From: Spirochaetota bacterium
GTDB taxonomy: Bacteria > Spirochaetota > UBA4802 > UBA5550
DNA length: 64,000 nt
Direction of reading: 5' to 3'
NCBI GenBank assembly: GCA_963663865.1
Contig: OY760686.1
Coordinates: 1,216,001 to 1,280,000, forward strand
Part shown: in pieces, positions 1-8,700 of the stretch
Position numbering within the stretch: position 1 is the first letter of the stretch
Layout of the letters: each line of letters begins with the position of its first letter
Translations under genes and position numbers: made by a program
Notes under the pieces: model-generated
What the model saw: only the letters and a program-made list of their open reading frames with translations
Database searches by the model: none
Told to the model about the DNA's origin: nothing

Positions 1-38
1 CTCCCTGTCTGCCGCGATCAAACAAACAGCGGGTGCAC

Positions 39-1433
39 ATGTCATATCAGGTAATAGCCAGAAAATGGCGTCCCCAGAAGTTCGACGATGTAGTCTTTCA
101 AGAACACGTATCAAAAACAATCCAGAACAGCATTAAGGCCGGAAGGATTTCTCACGCCTATATATTCAGCGGGCCCCGCGGTGTCGGCAAAACGACGATG
201 GCGAGGATACTTGCCCGCGCGCTTAACTGCGTAAACGGCCCGACGCCTGAACCCTGCGGTGTCTGCGAGAACTGCGTTGAAATAAAAAACGGCACCTTTT
301 TTGACGTAATGGAAATTGACGGGGCTTCGAATAACGGTGTCGAAGACATAAGAGAGCTTCGTGAAAATGTGAACTTCGCGCCCGTTAAGGGCCGTTACAA
401 GGTGTATATCATTGATGAAGTTCACATGGTTACAACGCAGGCCTTTAACGCGCTGCTGAAAACCCTTGAAGAACCGCCCGAACACGCTGTCTTTGTCCTT
501 GCAACTACCGAGCTTCATAAAATTCCCGACACCATTCTGTCACGCTGCCAGAAGTACTTTTTCAAGCAGATCCCGGTCGATAAAATCGCGGAGCACCTTA
601 AGCATATCGCTGATAAAGAAGGCTATCCGGTTTCTGACAGCGCTATTTATCCGATAGCGAGGGCGGCGGGCGGTTCCATGCGCGACGCTCAATCGCTGCT
701 CGATCAGGTGATATCGTACTCATCTGAGGCGGCTGACGGAGGACAGATCGGCGAGGCTGAGGCGTTGACAATACTGGGCATAGTTCCGGCGGAGAGCTAT
801 GTGAGGCAGTTCAGAAACATTGCCTCGGGTGATTCCGCCGCGATAATCGGCGAGATCGCGCGTGTCGCCGGCATGGGCGCTGATATCAGCCGCTATGCCG
901 GAGGCTTTATCGATGTTTTGCGGTCTCTCAGGCTGATGAAAAGCGGAATCGCTCTGAATGAGCTGCTGGGCCTTTCGAAAGAGGAAGCCCATGAGTTCAG
1001 GGAGGTCGCGGCTCTGTACCATGACGAGGAGCTTTCAAGGATGTTCAGGCTGTGCATGGAGCTTATATCGAGTCTCAAGTTTTCGACTGATGAGCGGATA
1101 AATCTTGAAATGTCCATGCTTGACATGGCGGCCGTAAAGAAGGCGCCTTCAGTGGCCTCAATAATCAGGGCGCTGGGGGCCGGGAATGCGCCTTCGGGCG
1201 GTACCGTTAAGAACGCTGTCCCAAAAAAATCTGCGGGTTCCGCTTCTGCGGATGAGGCGGTGATGACGCAGACGATATCATCCACCCCTGAAAAAAAAGC
1301 GGTAAATGTTAGCGCAGCAGTCAACAGTACGGAGCGGAAGGACAACCCGGCTGAACCGGGGAGTTCAGTGAGCCCGGCTGTTGAAAAAATAAAAAACGTA
1401 TTCCACGGACAGATTGTGGAAAGAGGAGAATAG
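39..1433 (+). CDS. dnaX: DNA polymerase III subunit gamma/tau
   Basis: SYQVIARKWRPQKF N-terminus, Walker A GPRGVGKTT, Zn cluster CxxCxxC, IIDEVHM, SRC motif; ATG at 39 preferred. Confidence 0.97.
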   Translation: MSYQVIARKWRPQKFDDVVFQEHVSKTIQNSIKAGRISHAYIFSGPRGVGKTTMARILARALNCVNGPTPEPCGVCENCVEIKNGTFFDVMEIDGASNNGVEDIRELRENVNFAPVKGRYKVYIIDEVHMVTTQAFNALLKTLEEPPEHAVFVLATTELHKIPDTILSRCQKYFFKQIPVDKIAEHLKHIADKEGYPVSDSAIYPIARAAGGSMRDAQSLLDQVISYSSEAADGGQIGEAEALTILGIVPAESYVRQFRNIASGDSAAIIGEIARVAGMGADISRYAGGFIDVLRSLRLMKSGIALNELLGLSKEEAHEFREVAALYHDEELSRMFRLCMELISSLKFSTDERINLEMSMLDMAAVKKAPSVASIIRALGAGNAPSGGTVKNAVPKKSAGSASADEAVMTQTISSTPEKKAVNVSAAVNSTERKDNPAEPGSSVSPAVEKIKNVFHGQIVERGE

Positions 1434-1434
1434 A

Positions 1435-1743
1435 ATGCTTAAGGGACTTGGCGATATAGGAAATCTGATGAAGCTACAGAAACAGATGAAGGATATTCAG
1501 AAAAAACTCAAGAAGGCGGAGGTTGAGGGTGAATGCGCCGACCAGAGCGTGAAGGCCGTTGTAAATGGAGAGTTTGAGCTTCAGTCTTTGAAGATAAGTG
1601 AAGAGCTTGCCGCGTCGGCAAACCGCAGCAGAATCGAAAAGATGGTTGTTCTTGCGGTGAATGATGCTGTTGAAAAGATGAAGAAAAAGTCCGCTGAGGA
1701 GATGGCTAAAATCTCAGGCGGTCTCAACCTGCCCGGCATGTAA
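1435..1743 (+). CDS. ybaB: YbaB/EbfC nucleoid-associated protein
   Basis: MKLQKQMKDIQKKL...AVNDAV...GGLNLPGM; classic dnaX-ybaB-recR order; GAGGAG RBS before ATG 1435. Confidence 0.93.
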   Translation: MLKGLGDIGNLMKLQKQMKDIQKKLKKAEVEGECADQSVKAVVNGEFELQSLKISEELAASANRSRIEKMVVLAVNDAVEKMKKKSAEEMAKISGGLNLPGM

Positions 1744-1744
1744 G

Positions 1745-2350
1745 ATGGAAGGCCCTTCCAAATACCTTGAGAACCTTATCAGGGAGTTTTCCAAACTGCC
1801 GGGCATTGGAACCAGGAGCGCTTCACGCCTGGCCTTTCATATTCTCAAGTCAGGGAGCAGCGAAGCGGAGTCGCTGGCGCGCGCTGTGCTCGAACTTAAA
1901 GAGAATATTGTAACGTGCTCCATCTGCGGCGGAATATCAGATTCGGATGTCTGCCCGATATGCGCTGACTCCGGGCGTGACCGTTCCTCGGTCTGCGTCG
2001 TGGAGAACGCGAGAGACGTTCTGATTCTGGAAGCGACGGGAAGCTTCAAAGGTATCTATCACGTGCTTATGGGCACAATTTCGCCTCTTGACGGCATCGG
2101 GCCTGATGATATCAATATCAGGGGGCTTGTTGAAAGGTGTTCGGCAGGCGGTGTTGCCGAGGTGATTCTCGCGCTTAACCCCACGATTGAGGGAGACGCG
2201 ACCTGTCTGTATATTGCCCGCGCTTTAAAACCTTCGGGCGTAAGGCTTACGCGCATCGCGCACGGCCTTCCGGTGGGCGCGGATCTTGACTATGTGGATT
2301 CTGCTACAATAATTAAATCAATTGAGGGCAGGGTGGAGGTTCACTCCTGA
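1745..2350 (+). CDS. recR: Recombination mediator RecR
   Basis: LPGIG HhH, CxxC-CxxC zinc finger, TOPRIM with GDAT and RIAHGLPVG. Confidence 0.97.
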   Translation: MEGPSKYLENLIREFSKLPGIGTRSASRLAFHILKSGSSEAESLARAVLELKENIVTCSICGGISDSDVCPICADSGRDRSSVCVVENARDVLILEATGSFKGIYHVLMGTISPLDGIGPDDINIRGLVERCSAGGVAEVILALNPTIEGDATCLYIARALKPSGVRLTRIAHGLPVGADLDYVDSATIIKSIEGRVEVHS

Positions 2351-3672
2351 CCGCCCATTCTTCTTTTCTTGCCGGAAATCTGTATTGAAACGGGAAGGCC
2401 GTGAAGCGAGAACTCCTTTTGCAGCGACTTTTCAAAAAAACGCACGACGTCTCTCTTAAACAGCAGCGGATTGTTTACGAAGAACTTGAACTCAGGTGGA
2501 GACGTGCTTATCTGGGCGGCATAGTATATCTTGAGCGTGCCTCCGAGCTGCCTGACACGGCCCGAATTCAGCAGTTTCGCGATTGTCCTGTTGAGCAGCG
2601 GGGTTTCAACCCGCTTTGAGGCCCTTTCTTTCAGGTCCAGAGCGAGCTCAAGCAGCTTTGCTGTTCTCTGTCTGTCACGAGCAGATATTGACAGAATCGG
2701 AAAGTCGTCCGCACGGTAGAGCTTGAAGACGAGTTTGTCCTTATAGCTGTTGAACGTCTTATCGTCCTTTTCCACTGTGTCCCATTTGTTTATGGCGATT
2801 ACAGCGGGTTTGCCTGCCTTTACAATCTCATCGAATATCTTCTTGTCCGCCTCTGTAAGTCCCTGCGAGGCGTCTATAAGAAACAGAACAACATCGCTTT
2901 TTGAAATTGAATCAAGGCTTCTTCTGAAGGAGTAGAATTCTACGCTTTCAGCGGACTTGCTTTTCTTTCTGATCCCAGCTGTATCCACCGCCCTGAAAAG
3001 CTTGCCGTTATATCTGAAGTAGTCGTCAACTGAATCACGTGTTGTTCCGGGGATGTCTGAGACAATCGCGCGCTCGTAGCCTAAAAACGCGTTCATGAGT
3101 GTTGACTTGCCCGCGTTTGGCCTCCCCGCAATGGCTATGGTTACATCCGGTTCTGATACCGCTTTTCCGCCGGAGGGAAGAAGGTCGGTTATTCGTCTGA
3201 GCAGCATGTCGATGTTGGAGCGCCTGAGAGCGGACACCGGCACGATGTCTACAACGCCGGTTTCGTAAAAGTTTGACATCTCCTGCATTCGTTCAGCGCT
3301 GTCCATCTTGTTTACAGCGATTATCGACGGCTTGTTGAGTTTTCTTATTATGCGGAGTATCTCCATGTCGAAAGGGGCCGGCGAAGGATATTCCATCAGG
3401 AAGACGATGATTGACGCCTTCTCAAGATGCGCCCTGGCATTATCAAGGATGGGGCCTGAAAGCTCTGAGGATGACTCCAGGTCGAGGCCGGGTGTGTCCG
3501 TAATAGTAAAGTGTTTGTCGTGAAAGTTTACTGTATATGAAAGGATATCTCGTGTAAGTCCCGGATGGGAGTCCACAATGGCCTTCTTTTCACGTATTAT
3601 GCTGTTAAAAAGGGTCGATTTGCCGACATTCTGGCGTCCGACAATAGCGATTACTGGTAGTTTTGTGTTCAT
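2341..3672 (-). CDS. der: Ribosome biogenesis GTPase Der (EngA)
   Basis: Two G domains (GRQNVGKST, GRPNAGKST; DTPG/DTAG; NKMD/NKWD) plus KH-like C-terminus. Confidence 0.96.
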   Translation of the reverse strand: MNTKLPVIAIVGRQNVGKSTLFNSIIREKKAIVDSHPGLTRDILSYTVNFHDKHFTITDTPGLDLESSSELSGPILDNARAHLEKASIIVFLMEYPSPAPFDMEILRIIRKLNKPSIIAVNKMDSAERMQEMSNFYETGVVDIVPVSALRRSNIDMLLRRITDLLPSGGKAVSEPDVTIAIAGRPNAGKSTLMNAFLGYERAIVSDIPGTTRDSVDDYFRYNGKLFRAVDTAGIRKKSKSAESVEFYSFRRSLDSISKSDVVLFLIDASQGLTEADKKIFDEIVKAGKPAVIAINKWDTVEKDDKTFNSYKDKLVFKLYRADDFPILSISARDRQRTAKLLELALDLKERASKRVETPLLNRTIAKLLNSGRVRQLGGTLKIYYAAQISTSPPEFKFFVNNPLLFKRDVVRFFEKSLQKEFSLHGLPVSIQISGKKRRMGGQE

Positions 3673-3866
3673 GGTTTATACTTTTCCGGTCGATTAAGGT
3701 AATGTGATCGGGCTTGTTCCGATGCAGAAAGATAAGCTGTCAGCTATATGACTCGATGATCGTTGTTTTATAACGATTATTCTTGTTAATAGGATAAGTC
3801 GATGTTATGCAGTAAAGCGTCAAGACTTTTATTCAGCCTTGTCTTTCGGTAACAAGTATTTTTTGC

Positions 3867-3894
3867 TTGCATATTTATCAGTTGTGAGTATAGT
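3867..3894 (+). promoter_or_regulatory. Putative sigma70 promoter of the small Lys/Ala-rich gene
   Basis: TTGCAT-16 nt-TATAGT about 45 nt upstream of ATG 3938. Confidence 0.45.
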
Positions 3895-3937
3895 TACAAA
3901 TTAATATTTTTATAAAACCAATCGAGGTGTTAGGCAC

Positions 3938-4180
3938 ATGGCAGAACAATCTTTAAAGCAGTTGCAGGTTTCAAAAAAGCGAAAAGATGAAAAGCTTGCC
4001 AAGCTTAAGAAAGAAGTGAAAGCCTTGGAAACAGAGCTTGCTAAAATCAATAAGCTTGTCGAAGCAGCGAAAAAGAAAGAGCAGGCTGAGAAGGCTAAGC
4101 AGGCTAAAGTGAAGGCAAAGGCTAAGCCTAAAGCAAAGGCAAAAGCAAAGACAAAAGCCAAAGCTAAACCCAAGGCTTAA
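3938..4180 (+). CDS. Small basic coiled-coil protein with Lys/Ala-rich (histone H1-like) tail
   Basis: GAGGTG RBS, own promoter and terminator, KAKAKPKAKAKAKTKAKAKPKA tail. Confidence 0.8.
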   Translation: MAEQSLKQLQVSKKRKDEKLAKLKKEVKALETELAKINKLVEAAKKKEQAEKAKQAKVKAKAKPKAKAKAKTKAKAKPKA

Positions 4181-4215
4181 TGTTTTTCGGATTCGGAAGA
4201 TGATGCCAGTTTTGC

Positions 4216-4249
4216 ATAAAAAAGAGGGATATCATTCCCTCTTTTTTAT
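4216..4249. terminator. Intrinsic terminator (symmetric A/T flanks)
   Basis: ATAAAAAAGAGGGA-loop-TCCCTCTTTTTTAT inverted repeat. Confidence 0.85.
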
Positions 4250-4305
4250 TCTTCCTTCGTGTAATTAAAACTTATTTTTCCTTATAGATTTTCAGGAGTA
4301 CTACA

Positions 4306-5475
4306 TTGTTAAGTCCAAACCAGAGAAAACAGCGCGTTTTCAACGATCTTGAGTCGGTTGAGGATATAGTTTCGGAGTTGAGGGGCAAATTCTCGGATAA
4401 AAAACTATACCTGCGGTATTCTATCGAGAAGACTGAACTTGTAATCAATGAATTCTTCGATGATAACACACTTATGGTAGTAACTGACCCGTCAGTACAG
4501 ACGGAGAAGGGAATCAGTATGTACGGCCTTGCGGACAAGTATATTGAAGTTGATCTTGAGGTGATTGAGGAAAGAGGCCCCGGCTATTTCCACTGCCGAG
4601 TTGTGGGAGGAAGAAGGGCGCTTCACGGCAGAAAGGATCTGAGGTTTAAAGTCAGCATGGATCAGGTTATCGCCACAAATTTTAGAATTTCGAAACACAC
4701 AATTGATGTGGGCGCCTACAATATCCCGACGAGCATTAAGGTTGTGCTTGATCAGTTTCTGGCTAACAACAGCTCATTGGCTGATATTGTCAAGGTGGAT
4801 GTGTTCAAACCTGATGACAGAGACGCTGTGCTCAAGCAGATTCGTAAAACAGGTCAGGCAGTGCTTGTTTCGGACATGTCAAATCCTGAATCATATAAGG
4901 CGGAAAACGATAATATGCTTGATCTGTATTCAATGTACAGGCAGGAGCTCGGGAGATATATCAAGCAGGCCGTTGAAAGGGGATACCGGTCACTGGCTGT
5001 TGTGCCCATTATCTACATCAATGAAAAGCAGGAAAGCATACCATTCGCGTATATACAGCTTGTTTCCAAGACGAAGGAAATGGATATCGAAACGGTCCTT
5101 GAGCTCAAGGAGTTGTCCTTTTCGCTCGTTGACAGGATTAGGGACGCTAACACTCTGCTCATTCCGGTTCATCAGGAGGTTGTTGATCTGAGCAGAGGAG
5201 GCGCCAAGCTCAGAGTGACAAACGATACTTTGAAGAAGTCCATGCAGAAGGCAAGGGGTTTCATCTTTGACCTTGTCTTTAAGCTCCAGGCGCCGATAAC
5301 AATCTACGGTGAGATAAAGGCTGTCATGAATGAGGATGGCGGCAGGCTCGTTGTTTCTGTCGATTTCGAAGGCAATTCATCGCGGAAGGATGAGTTGAAG
5401 CGTTTTTACGGGATTCTACAGCCCATGGAACTGGATTACAAATCCAGACTTATCAAACAGCTTAAGAGCAGGTAA
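4306..5475 (+). CDS. DUF1577-like protein with PilZ motifs flanking a GAF-like insert
   Basis: RKDLR (RxxxR) and DLSRGG (DxSxxG); GAF-like YRSLAVVPIIY...PFAYIQL; AGGAG RBS, TTG start. Confidence 0.75.
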   Translation: MLSPNQRKQRVFNDLESVEDIVSELRGKFSDKKLYLRYSIEKTELVINEFFDDNTLMVVTDPSVQTEKGISMYGLADKYIEVDLEVIEERGPGYFHCRVVGGRRALHGRKDLRFKVSMDQVIATNFRISKHTIDVGAYNIPTSIKVVLDQFLANNSSLADIVKVDVFKPDDRDAVLKQIRKTGQAVLVSDMSNPESYKAENDNMLDLYSMYRQELGRYIKQAVERGYRSLAVVPIIYINEKQESIPFAYIQLVSKTKEMDIETVLELKELSFSLVDRIRDANTLLIPVHQEVVDLSRGGAKLRVTNDTLKKSMQKARGFIFDLVFKLQAPITIYGEIKAVMNEDGGRLVVSVDFEGNSSRKDELKRFYGILQPMELDYKSRLIKQLKSR

Positions 5476-5493
5476 CCCGATGGGCTGGCGTAT

Positions 5494-6201
5494 TCATCTG
5501 GCGGCCCCTGTCTCTTTTTGCCTTTTCGCGACTTCAGCGTCTGAGAGCCTCGCGTAAAATGGAACTGCCTCTCTGTAATCGCCTCCGCCCGGGGCGATAA
5601 GTTCCGCCTTTTCTCTGACGAACGCGGCGGTTTTTTCGGCGCTGAGTGTTGTTTCGTTTTCTATATCGCAATTGTCAAAGTATGAAGTTATTTTTTCAGC
5701 ATAGAGTGCGCATCCGTTGCCCGCGCACAGCGTCTTTGCGGATGGGTCGCATTTTTTCAGTAATTCTTCGGGTGGATAGTCTCCCGCCGGGACAAGGCTT
5801 TCGGCCCGGACTCCGCAGACACTGTGGGCGGCGCCGAAAACACGTTTCTTCTTCGCGTCTAATGCCGTGATTATCTGGGCATATCCACGATCGGCTGCAG
5901 AAGCGGCGTAAAGGTCGTGCGATATAAATCCAATCAGCGGAATCGAGAGTATCTGCGCGAGCGTCCTTGCGGTAGTAAGTCCAATTCTTACGCCGGTAAA
6001 TGAACCCGGGCCTCTACCCGCTGCTATTAAGTTGATTTCGTCCATGGAGAGTCCGCTTTCGCTCAAAAGGCTTTCAAGGTTTTCAAATATTGCGTTTGAG
6101 TGGGACAGTCCCTTTATTGTGCTCTGGATTGGGGTTTTATCCGTCGAGCATATGCACAGATAATCGTTGTCAGTCGAGGTGTCTATTGTCAGGATATTCA
6201 A
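5494..6201 (-). CDS. tsaB: t6A biosynthesis protein TsaB
   Basis: ILTIDTST start, GPGSFTGVRIG, ALDAKK, PFYAR; TTG start at 6201 with AAGGAG RBS. Confidence 0.93.
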   Translation of the reverse strand: MNILTIDTSTDNDYLCICSTDKTPIQSTIKGLSHSNAIFENLESLLSESGLSMDEINLIAAGRGPGSFTGVRIGLTTARTLAQILSIPLIGFISHDLYAASAADRGYAQIITALDAKKKRVFGAAHSVCGVRAESLVPAGDYPPEELLKKCDPSAKTLCAGNGCALYAEKITSYFDNCDIENETTLSAEKTAAFVREKAELIAPGGGDYREAVPFYARLSDAEVAKRQKETGAAR

Positions 6202-6619
6202 TAGTGATTCTCCTTGATTCTTCATCAATGTATTCAATATAAATATTAATTCTGCTGTCAGGAAGAATGGCCGCCGCCCGTTCAGCCCATTCGACTACGG
6301 AAACACCGTTGCCCTCCCAGTAATCTTCGAAGTCAAGGTTGTCAAATTCACGGATGGTTTCAATTCTGTACAGGTCAAAGTGATAAAAGTTGAGTTTTCC
6401 GCTGTATTCTTCCAAAAGATTGAATGTAGGGCTGGTAATGTCTTCGTCTATGCCCAGTCCGGACGCAAAACCGCGCGCGAAGACCGTTTTGCCGGCACCG
6501 AGGTCGCCTGACAGCGCGAAGACGTCTCCGGGCAGGGCTTTTTCTGCAAGCCTGGCTGCGAGATTGAATGTATCGCCGGGAGACTTGCTCATGAATTCAT
6601 TTCTTTTTCGGACGCTCAT
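6170..6619 (-). CDS. tsaE: t6A biosynthesis ATPase TsaE
   Basis: GDLGAGKT, SPTF, HFDLYR, VEW motifs. Confidence 0.96.
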   Translation of the reverse strand: MSVRKRNEFMSKSPGDTFNLAARLAEKALPGDVFALSGDLGAGKTVFARGFASGLGIDEDITSPTFNLLEEYSGKLNFYHFDLYRIETIREFDNLDFEDYWEGNGVSVVEWAERAAAILPDSRINIYIEYIDEESRRITIEYPDNRHLD

Positions 6620-6738
6620 GAAAACACCTTTTCAAGTCACTCCCTGATTTGTAAAATAAATAATTTGAGTTTGTTAAAATTCTTTACAGCAGGCCGCGAT
6701 GCTTTTACAGGAAAGCGGTACGGTGAGGTGCTGTTTTT

Positions 6739-7653
6739 TTGATGATAGATAAAGATGAACTGTATAATAATCTTAACAGCGGCGTGATTGACGAAAGGCT
6801 GGCTATTTTCAGAATTAACCTGAGAAAAAATCTTCCGCTTATTTCTGAATTTGGCGGTCTTCGCCCCGTATCGGCTGCCATAAAAAACAGGCATGCTGTT
6901 ATTGCTGGAGCGGGGCCTTCTCTCGTGCACAATCTCGAAGCGATAAGGGAAATCTCGGAAAGGGGCCTTGCCGTTGTTATATGTGCTGATATGGCAGCTT
7001 CCGTTCTGCTTAAATCGGGGATTGTTCCTGATTATGTGATATCCTGTGAGACAAGGCCTTATGATTTTTTCAGCGGGCTTGATACGCGAAAAATCAATCT
7101 ATTAGCGTTCAGCTGCATATCTCATTCCAATCTGAGAAAGTGGAGAGGACCGTTGAGTTTTTACAACTGGCTTATTGAAGGCGAACATTACAGCAGGCTG
7201 TGGGATGAGGCAGGGGCTGATCTGGGATTTCTTGCCACGGGCAGTATAGTTACGACGCAGGCTGTATCCCTTGCCGCAGGGTCGGGAGTAAGGTCGATTC
7301 TGTTAGCGGGGAACGATCTTGCGTTTAAGTGGGAGTTCTACGCGGCAGGCGCTGCTGCGTCAGGGAAGATGCTCCTTGACTCGTCAAGGCTCAGTCCCTC
7401 TGAAACGGAACACGCGGAACTGGGGAAAAGGAATATTCACTATAAGATTGTGAGAGAGGGCAGGACATACTTTGCCAATCATCAGTTCCTGGCCGCAAAG
7501 GTCTGGCTGGAGGACCTTTTCAGGAACGGTTCTTTGCCGGTTTTCGACTGCAGTGTTCCCGGCTGTTCGCCTTCGGCTGTGAGGCATATGAGCTCACGGG
7601 AATACGCGGAAAATATAATAAAGGCGGAGGTATCAAATGATAAAACTTCATAA
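6739..7653 (+). CDS. DUF115 / motility-associated factor (Maf/MptE-like) protein
   Basis: VIAGAGPSL, IVPDYVIS, GSIVT...ILLAGNDLAF motifs typical of the family. Confidence 0.75.
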   Translation: MMIDKDELYNNLNSGVIDERLAIFRINLRKNLPLISEFGGLRPVSAAIKNRHAVIAGAGPSLVHNLEAIREISERGLAVVICADMAASVLLKSGIVPDYVISCETRPYDFFSGLDTRKINLLAFSCISHSNLRKWRGPLSFYNWLIEGEHYSRLWDEAGADLGFLATGSIVTTQAVSLAAGSGVRSILLAGNDLAFKWEFYAAGAAASGKMLLDSSRLSPSETEHAELGKRNIHYKIVREGRTYFANHQFLAAKVWLEDLFRNGSLPVFDCSVPGCSPSAVRHMSSREYAENIIKAEVSNDKTS

Positions 7654-7864
7654 AATGAATGGAGATGAATTTCTGCTCAACCCATGGCATATAGAGACTG
7701 TTGAGGAAAGGCCTGATACGGTTATTACGCTGACCAATGACAGAAAATATCTGGTAAAAGAGAAGGCTGAAGAGATTGTCCGGCTTGTGGAAGCCCACTT
7801 TAAAACAATTCGTCTCGGGATCAAGGTGGAAAAGAGCGAATCGGAAGATGGTGTTAATGGATAA
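7637..7864 (+). CDS. flbD: Flagellar protein FlbD (SwrD family)
   Basis: MIKLHKMNGDEFLLNPWHIETVEERPDTVITLTNDRKYLVKE; GGAGGT RBS. Confidence 0.92.
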   Translation: MIKLHKMNGDEFLLNPWHIETVEERPDTVITLTNDRKYLVKEKAEEIVRLVEAHFKTIRLGIKVEKSESEDGVNG

Positions 7865-8000
7865 AAGGCAGTTTTTTGTTCAGAACACCCGGTTTTTATG
7901 CCGAAAAGAGAGTAAAGGCGTTGATTATAGCGGTCTTTAGAACAGCGGTACTTCTAAAACGCTGACACGGTGCTTTTATAACATTTTTCTTTAAATGAAT

Positions 8001-8053
8001 AAATTAATTGACAGTAGCAATTAATTTTTGATATTATGTCACATAATTATGTG
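8001..8053 (+). promoter_or_regulatory. sigma70 promoter of the fliL operon with overlapping inverted repeats
   Basis: TTGACA (8008-8013), 18 nt, extended -10 TGaTATTAT (8029-8037); AAATTAATTG-N7-CAATTAATTT (8001-8027) and palindrome CACATAATTATGTG (8040-8053). Confidence 0.65.
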
Positions 8054-8125
8054 TAAAATTAGCCGAGCTGTTTTCGGGTTTTCCGGCAGCCGGTAGAAGT
8101 CGGAGCATAACTGGAAGGTGCCCCA

Positions 8126-8659
8126 ATGGGTGATGAAGAAAGAGATGATATAATGGATGATGAGGACAGCTCGCCCCAGAGTGAAAGCGGCGGTGGCGGC
8201 GGAGGTTCTTCCAAAATAGTAAAGATTCTTCTCTATGTTGCGGGAGGCGTTCTTTTTATAGTCCTGATTACGGGTATTTCCTATCTTGTCAGCAAGAATG
8301 TTCAGGAAAGCAGCTATGAGAGAAGGCAGGATATAGTATCTGCTCCGCCGCCTCCGCCGCTGCAGACTTATGAACTGCCTGGCTTTTCCAAAACGACGGC
8401 TGATCCGGAGCCGCACTTTGTAAAGATGACAATTTCTCTCGGCTATGAGATGAGTATTGAGCTTAACAACGAACTTGTACGCAGGAGAGATGAGATTCAG
8501 CATATAGTAAATATTATACTTCAGGGAAAAACGCTGGAAGAGCTGAACTCCACAAGCGGGGCGCTTGATCTCGCCGAGGAGATTAAGGCTCATGTAAATG
8601 TCAGGCTGATTTCCGGAAAAATTAAGGAAGTATATTTCAAGGAACTGATAGTAAACTAA
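8126..8659 (+). CDS. fliL: Flagellar basal body-associated protein FliL
   Basis: Single TM, PHFVKMTISLGY, LAEEIKAHVN...KIKEVYFKELIVN C-terminus. Confidence 0.9.
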   Translation: MGDEERDDIMDDEDSSPQSESGGGGGGSSKIVKILLYVAGGVLFIVLITGISYLVSKNVQESSYERRQDIVSAPPPPPLQTYELPGFSKTTADPEPHFVKMTISLGYEMSIELNNELVRRRDEIQHIVNIILQGKTLEELNSTSGALDLAEEIKAHVNVRLISGKIKEVYFKELIVN

Positions 8660-8700
8660 GACGGAGCAGGTTTTCGTTAACATTTTACCCGGAGGATGTC

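Noticed and set aside
7880-7907. sigma28 promoter upstream of fliL (GCCGAAAA)
   Set aside because: The -10 is plausible but there is no TAAA at the correct spacing; the sigma70 promoter nearer the gene fits better
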